Origin: Paracoccus suum
Lineage (GTDB): Bacteria > Pseudomonadota > Alphaproteobacteria > Rhodobacterales > Rhodobacteraceae
Assembly: GCF_003324675.1 (NCBI RefSeq)
Contig: NZ_CP030918.1
Location: 1-32,000 of the forward strand
Direction of reading: 5' to 3'
Length of the DNA stretch: 32,000 bases
Below are positions 26,717-32,000 of the stretch, one piece after another; the stretch's first letter is position 1, and each line of letters opens with the position of its first letter. Both the position numbers and the translations under genes were made by a program. The notes beneath the pieces were generated by a model, which did no database searches, had not been told where the DNA came from, and worked only from the letters and a program-made list of their open reading frames with translations.

Positions 26717-27061
26717 GCGCATGTCTCCGGCTGAGAATGGTCATTGACTCGGCGGCCTTGGCCCGCCGGTCCCGATACCTTAGTTATTTAGTAAGTTTTT
26801 GGTCAAGCGATTTATGCGCCCTCAGGTGTTCGCCCACAAACGCCGTGCTTGACGTAGGCCCGCGCCGCGGCAACAGTCAAATAGTTCAAGCACGAAGAAT
26901 TGGCAGGCAGGCGCAAGGCACAGGTCGGACAGACGGGCAGAACGGCGGCCGGGCCAGTCCCTGCACGCACTTCCCACTCAACCCCGATCGTTGAAATGCG
27001 GCCTGACCGAACGCATGACACATATCCGGCCCTGACGCCGGGAGGAATGGGAGGAAGCCTG

Positions 27062-28243
27062 ATGATGCTGAGGACAACGCTGGCCGGGGCAACGGCCGCC
27101 CTCGCCCTGACCGTCGCCGCACCCGCACTTGCCGCCGACGGCGCGGTCAAGATCGGGCTGATCTACACCCTGTCCGGCCCCGCGGCCGCGCTGGGCGAGC
27201 AGGCGCGCAACGGCTTTCAACTGGCCGTGGAGACGATGGGCGGCAAACTGGGTGGCGACACGGTGGATCTGGTCGTGGCCGATGACGAGCAAAAGCCCGA
27301 CGTCGCCGTCAACAAGGTCAAGGAACTGATTGAACGCGACAAGGTCGATGTTGTGGTCGGCCCAATCTTCTCGAACATCCTGATGGCGATCGAAAAGCCG
27401 GTTGTGGACGCGGGCAAGATCCTGATCAGCACCAATGCCGGGGCCTCCAGCCTCGCCGGCAAGGATTGCAACCCGCTGTTCTTCGTAACGTCGTATCAGA
27501 ACGACGATATCCACCAGACGGCTGGCGAATACGCGCAGAAGCAGGGCTACAAGAACGTGTTCCTGATGGCGCCGAACTATCAGGCCGGCAAGGACGCGAT
27601 CAACGGCTTCAAGCGCAGCTACAAGGGCGGGGTCGCGGGCGAGGTCTACACGCAGCTGGGCCAGCTAGACTTCTCGGCGGAGTTGGCGCAGATTGCCGCC
27701 TTCCAGCCGGATGCGATCTTCACCTTCATGCCCGGCGGCATGGGCGTGAACCTGGTCAAGCAGTACCGCCAGGCCGGCCTCGACAAGATCCCGATGCTGT
27801 CGGCCTTCACTGTGGACGAAAGCACGCTGCCCGCCCAGCAAGATGCGGCCGTGGACATGCTGTCGGCGACCAACTGGACCCCGGACATGGACGCCCCCGG
27901 CAACAAGGAGTTCGTCGCCGCCTACGAGGCGAAGTTCGGCGCCGTCCCCGGCACCTACGCGATGCAGGCCTATGACGCGGCGCTGCTGCTGGACGCCGCC
28001 CTGAAGGAGACGGGCGGCAAGGTCGACGACGCCAAGGCATTGGCCAAGGCAATGGAAACCGCGACCTTCCCGAGCCTGCGCGGCAAGTTCAAGTTTGGCC
28101 CGAACCACTATCCTATCCAGGACATGTTCATCGCCAAGGCCGTCAAGCGCCCGGACGGGAAATACGCCACCTCGATGGTCGAGACGGTCTTTACCGATCA
28201 CCAAGACAGCTACGCATCCGAGTGCAAGATGCCGGCAAGCTGA
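27062..28243 (+). CDS. Liv-type (PBP type 1, Peripla_BP_6) ABC transporter substrate-binding protein
   Basis: ATG 27062 is preceded by GGGAGGAAtGGGAGGAAgcct. A signal peptide (MMLRTTLAGATAALALTVAAPALA|AD) is followed by KIGLIYTLSGPAAALGEQ, typical of the LivJ/K-like family. Ligand cannot be assigned. Confidence 0.85.
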   Translation: MMLRTTLAGATAALALTVAAPALAADGAVKIGLIYTLSGPAAALGEQARNGFQLAVETMGGKLGGDTVDLVVADDEQKPDVAVNKVKELIERDKVDVVVGPIFSNILMAIEKPVVDAGKILISTNAGASSLAGKDCNPLFFVTSYQNDDIHQTAGEYAQKQGYKNVFLMAPNYQAGKDAINGFKRSYKGGVAGEVYTQLGQLDFSAELAQIAAFQPDAIFTFMPGGMGVNLVKQYRQAGLDKIPMLSAFTVDESTLPAQQDAAVDMLSATNWTPDMDAPGNKEFVAAYEAKFGAVPGTYAMQAYDAALLLDAALKETGGKVDDAKALAKAMETATFPSLRGKFKFGPNHYPIQDMFIAKAVKRPDGKYATSMVETVFTDHQDSYASECKMPAS

Positions 28244-28250
28244 CGGAACC

Positions 28251-28289
28251 GTTGGCTGCCCCCGCCCGACCGGCGCGGGGGCGGCCGGC
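28251..28289 (+). promoter_or_regulatory. Intercistronic GC hairpin between the SBP gene and the first permease gene
   Basis: The core is a perfect 8-bp stem pairing GCCCCCGC (28258-28265) with GCGGGGGC (28275-28282). With G-U wobbles it can be extended to about 15 bp (28251-28289). Only a short TTT follows. Confidence 0.5.
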
Positions 28290-28325
28290 ATTTGACGTGA
28301 TCGGACTATCGACCGGGGAGGTCGG

Positions 28326-29243
28326 ATGCTGAACCTGTTCGCCCTGCAACTCCTCAACGGGGTGCAATACGGGCTGCTGCTGTTCCTGATCGCCGCCGGG
28401 CTGACGCTGATCCTGGGGATCATGGATGTCGTCAACCTCGGACATGGCGTCCTTTACATGCTCGGCGCCTTCCTGATGGTCAGCGCCACCGCCGCCACGG
28501 GCAATTTCTGGCTGGGGCTGCTGCTGGTGCTGCCTGCAACCTTGCTGATCGGCCTCGTGCTGGAGCGGTTGCTGTTCCGACCGCTTTACGCGCGCAGCCA
28601 CCTCGATCAGGTTCTGGCGACCTTCGGCCTGGTGCTGGCAGTCACCGAGGTCTGCCGTATGATCTGGGGAAACAGTCCGCTCTCGGTCGCGATGCCCACG
28701 GCGCTGTCCGGCTCGGTCCCGCTGATTGCCGGGGTGCAGTTTCCGGTCTATCGACTAGTCATCATCGGCACGGGCCTGGCGGTGGCATTGGGCCTTTATC
28801 TGGTCATCGGTCACACCCGCATCGGCATGCGCCTGCGCGCCGGGGCGACGCATCGTGGCATCCTGTCGGCGTTGGGCGTCGATGTGGGCCGCCTGTTCGC
28901 GCTGGTGTTCGCCTTTGGCGCCATGCTGGCCGGCTTTGCCGGCGCCATCGTCGCGCCGCTGCTGTCGGTCGATACCGGCATGGGCGAGGCGGTGCTGATC
29001 ACCACGTTCGTCGTCGTGGTGATCGGCGGCATCGGCTCGGTCCGCGGCGCCTTTGTGGCGGCGCTGCTGGTCGGCAGCGTCGATACCTTGGGCCGCAGCT
29101 TTGGGCCCTTGATGCTGGCCAAGATAATGGACCCGGCGACCGCCGCGCAGGCCGGGCGCACCCTCGCCCCGATGCTGGTCTATCTGCTGATGGCCGCGAT
29201 CCTCGCCGTCCGTCCGGCGGGCTTGTTTGGTCGCCCGGCATGA
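28326..29243 (+). CDS. Branched-chain amino acid-type ABC permease (LivH-like)
   Basis: The N-terminus LLNGVQYGLLLFLIAAGLTLILGIMDVVNLGHG is the conserved LivH/BPD_transp_2 start. Length is 305 aa, and the product is polytopic. Confidence 0.88.
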   Translation: MLNLFALQLLNGVQYGLLLFLIAAGLTLILGIMDVVNLGHGVLYMLGAFLMVSATAATGNFWLGLLLVLPATLLIGLVLERLLFRPLYARSHLDQVLATFGLVLAVTEVCRMIWGNSPLSVAMPTALSGSVPLIAGVQFPVYRLVIIGTGLAVALGLYLVIGHTRIGMRLRAGATHRGILSALGVDVGRLFALVFAFGAMLAGFAGAIVAPLLSVDTGMGEAVLITTFVVVVIGGIGSVRGAFVAALLVGSVDTLGRSFGPLMLAKIMDPATAAQAGRTLAPMLVYLLMAAILAVRPAGLFGRPA

Positions 29244-30154
29244 GGATGGCCCGGCGAGACCGTCTGGCGCTGGCGCTGCTTGCGCTGCTGCTGGTTCTGC
29301 CGCTGATCCTCGGCGCGCTGGGCGAGGGGTTCATGCTGGGCGTCGCCACCCGCATCCTGGCCTTTGCCATCGCCGCACTCGCCCTTGATCTGGTGCTGGG
29401 CTACGGCGCGATGGTCAGCTTTGGCCATGCCGCCTACCTCGGGATCGGCGCCTATGTCACCGCCATCCTCGCCCGCACCGGCGTGACCGAGATCATGGTC
29501 CAGATGCTGGCCGCCATGGCCGGGGCAGCGCTGTTCGCGGCCGTCACGGGCGCCATCGGGATGCGCACCCGCGGCATCTATTTCATCATGATCACCCTCG
29601 CCTTCAGCCAGATGGCCTTCTTCTTTTTCGTGTCCTTCTCGGCGCTTGGCGGCGATGACGGCACCCAGCTTGCCGCCGGATCGAGCTTGCTCGGCACACG
29701 CGCGCTCGCCTCGACCACCGGGCTTTACCTCTTTACCGTCACGCTGCTCGCGGTCCTCTATGTCCTTGCCCGGCGGCTGACCGACAGCCGCTTTGGCCGG
29801 ATGCTGATGGGCACGCGCGAGAACATGGTGCGGATGCGCGCCATTGGCGTCTCGCCCTTTCCGTTCCGGCTGACCGCCTATGTCATCTCGGCGGCGGTCA
29901 CCTCGCTCGCCGGGGTTATCATGGCCAACCAGGCAGGCTTTGTCTCGCCGGCGCTGATGAACTGGCACCGCTCGGGCGAGTTGATCGTGTTCGTCGTCCT
30001 CGGCGGGCCGGGCACGCTGGTCGGGCCGATCATCGGCGCGATCGCCGCCATGAGCTTCGAGGAGGGGCTGGCCGCCCTGACGCAGCACTGGCGCCTCGGT
30101 TTTGGCCTGGTGCTGATCGCGGCGGCCCTGCGGCCCAAGGGGTGGTGGCGATGA
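29240..30154 (+). CDS. Branched-chain amino acid-type ABC permease (LivM-like)
   Basis: There is an ATGA overlap with the upstream gene (29240-29243). The LivM-type motif LVLGYGAMVSFGHAAYLGIGAY is present. The product is polytopic. Confidence 0.85.
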   Translation: MRMARRDRLALALLALLLVLPLILGALGEGFMLGVATRILAFAIAALALDLVLGYGAMVSFGHAAYLGIGAYVTAILARTGVTEIMVQMLAAMAGAALFAAVTGAIGMRTRGIYFIMITLAFSQMAFFFFVSFSALGGDDGTQLAAGSSLLGTRALASTTGLYLFTVTLLAVLYVLARRLTDSRFGRMLMGTRENMVRMRAIGVSPFPFRLTAYVISAAVTSLAGVIMANQAGFVSPALMNWHRSGELIVFVVLGGPGTLVGPIIGAIAAMSFEEGLAALTQHWRLGFGLVLIAAALRPKGWWR

Positions 30155-30901
30155 CACCGATGCTGTCCATGCGGGACCTGCGAAAGAACTATGGCGCGCT
30201 GAAGGTGACGGACGGCGTCACCCTCGACATCCCGCCGGGCGAATTGCACGCCATCATCGGCCCCAACGGCGCCGGCAAGACTACGCTGCTGTCGCAACTG
30301 TCCGGCGAGACCGCGCCCGACAGCGGCAAGGTCGTGCTGGACGGTCAGGACGTCACCGCCATGCCGATGCAGGCCCGCGTGCGGCTGGGGCTGGCGCGCA
30401 GCTTTCAGATCACCTCGATCCTGCCGTCCTTCACGGTGCTGGAAAACGTCGCCACCGCCGTGCAGGCGCGCAGCGGCAGCAGCTTCCGCTTTGCCGCGCA
30501 AGTGGCCGCCGACAGGGTCCTGAATGACGAGGCGATGGGCTATCTGGATGCCGTTGGCCTCGCCGACAAGGCAGGCCGTATCGCCGGCCCGATGAGCCAT
30601 GGCGAGCATCGCCAGCTGGAGATTGCGACCGCGCTGGCGACCCGTCCGCGCATGCTGCTGCTGGACGAGCCGCTGGCGGGCACCTCGGGGCGGGAAGCGG
30701 ATCTGCTGGTGGACTTGCTGCAAGAGCTGCGCGGCACGCTGACCATCGCGCTGATCGAACATGACATGCAGGCGGTCTTTGCGCTGGCCGACCGGATTTC
30801 CGTTCTGGTCTATGGCCGGCTGATCGCCTCGGGCACGCCAGAGGCGATTCGCGGCGATGCGCAGGTCCGCGCCGCCTATCTTGGCGACGAGGAGGCGGCA
30901 C

Positions 30902-30909
<8 letters not shown>
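30151..30909 (+). CDS. Liv-type ABC transporter ATPase (LivG-like)
   Basis: There is an ATGA overlap with the upstream stop (30151-30154). Walker A is GPNGAGKTT, the signature variant is MSHGEHRQLEIA and Walker B is LLLDEPLAG. Confidence 0.88.
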
Positions 30910-31603
<694 letters not shown>

Positions 31604-31622
31604 AATCCAACGGAGGCCCATC

Positions 31623-32000
31623 ATGAGCCAATCGAGCACCACCCCCGCCTGGTCGCCGACCGACCAGGCCCCCGCCGCGCCCGGCCCGATGACCGCCGGC
31701 ATCACGCCGATGTCGGAGGGGCTGGCCGGCACGGCCTGGAACATCCTCGGCCAGACTTATGTGCCCAAGCACGTCACCCCCAGTTCGATGTCCTGGCACG
31801 CGACCTTTCCGGTCGGCACCTTCGTGCCGCCGCATATCCACCCGACGCAGGACGAGTTCCTGTACATCCTCGACGGCCGGTTCGACTTCTGGCTGGACGG
31901 GGTCGAGACCTCGGCGACGCCCGGCGATCTCGTGCGCCTGCCGATGGGCATTCCGCACGGCATCTTCAACAAGACGGACAGCACGGTGAAGTGCCTCTTC
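31623..32000 (+). CDS. Cupin-domain protein, 3' end cut by the window edge (absent from the supplied ORF track)
   Basis: This is my own translation from ATG 31623, which is preceded by GGAGG at 31611-31615. It reads MSQSSTTPAWSPTDQAPAAPGPMTAGITPMSEGLAGTAWNILGQTYVPKHVTPSSMSWHATFPVGTFVPPHIHPTQDEFLYILDGRFDFWLDGVETSATPGDLVRLPMGIPHGIFNKTDSTVKCLF... Both cupin motifs are present: HIHPTQDEFLYILDG and GDLVRLPMGIPHGIFN. The frame is open to the window end. Confidence 0.8.
   Translation, partial: MSQSSTTPAWSPTDQAPAAPGPMTAGITPMSEGLAGTAWNILGQTYVPKHVTPSSMSWHATFPVGTFVPPHIHPTQDEFLYILDGRFDFWLDGVETSATPGDLVRLPMGIPHGIFNKTDSTVKCLF

Noticed and set aside
26732-26750. Fur-box-like string GAGAATGGTCATTGACTC just upstream of hemP
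   Set aside because: Only a 4-bp AATG/CATT dyad is actually symmetric, and the match to the 19-bp Fur consensus is poor. It also overlaps the SD and 5' UTR, so I did not call it as a site.

Overview
High-G+C bacterial chromosomal DNA. Gene content and style (TTT transporter, hemP, many stop/start overlaps) suggest an alphaproteobacterium, possibly Rhodobacterales-like; this taxonomic call is inference only. Coding density is very high and almost every gene is recognisable by family. In order: (1) the 3' part of a Dpp/Opp-type peptide ABC importer (two permeases and a fused double ATPase), followed closely by a DmpA/P1-family Ntn aminopeptidase; (2) gph on the minus strand, divergent from glmU-glmS plus a PNPOx-fold gene; (3) a small glycine-zipper lipoprotein with a clean intrinsic terminator, convergent with a DUF4174 secreted protein; (4) hom; (5) a crotonase, then tctC-tctB-tctA and an immediately following AbrB-duplication membrane protein, convergent with a minus-strand operon of FAD oxidoreductase, cmk and a PrpF-family isomerase; (6) an ABC-F ATPase; (7) an RND efflux pair (adaptor plus pump) with no outer-membrane factor or regulator nearby; (8) an orphan hemP next to the only AT-rich island in the window; (9) a Liv-type ABC importer (SBP, two permeases, two ATPases) followed by a cupin gene that runs off the window end and is missing from the ORF track. 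I found no rRNA, tRNA, CRISPR array, IS or transposase, integrase, phage gene or recognisable defence or toxin gene. I do not see a compelling undescribed system; this reads as core or metabolic chromosome. The items most worth a second look are the tctCBA / AbrB-dup / PrpF neighbourhood, a probable frame problem or unusual tail at the 3' end of the RND adaptor gene, the orphan hemP with its AT-rich operator-like region, and the peptide importer coupled to a DmpA-type peptidase. The many long ORFs antisense to or out of frame with these genes are GC-driven shadow ORFs.
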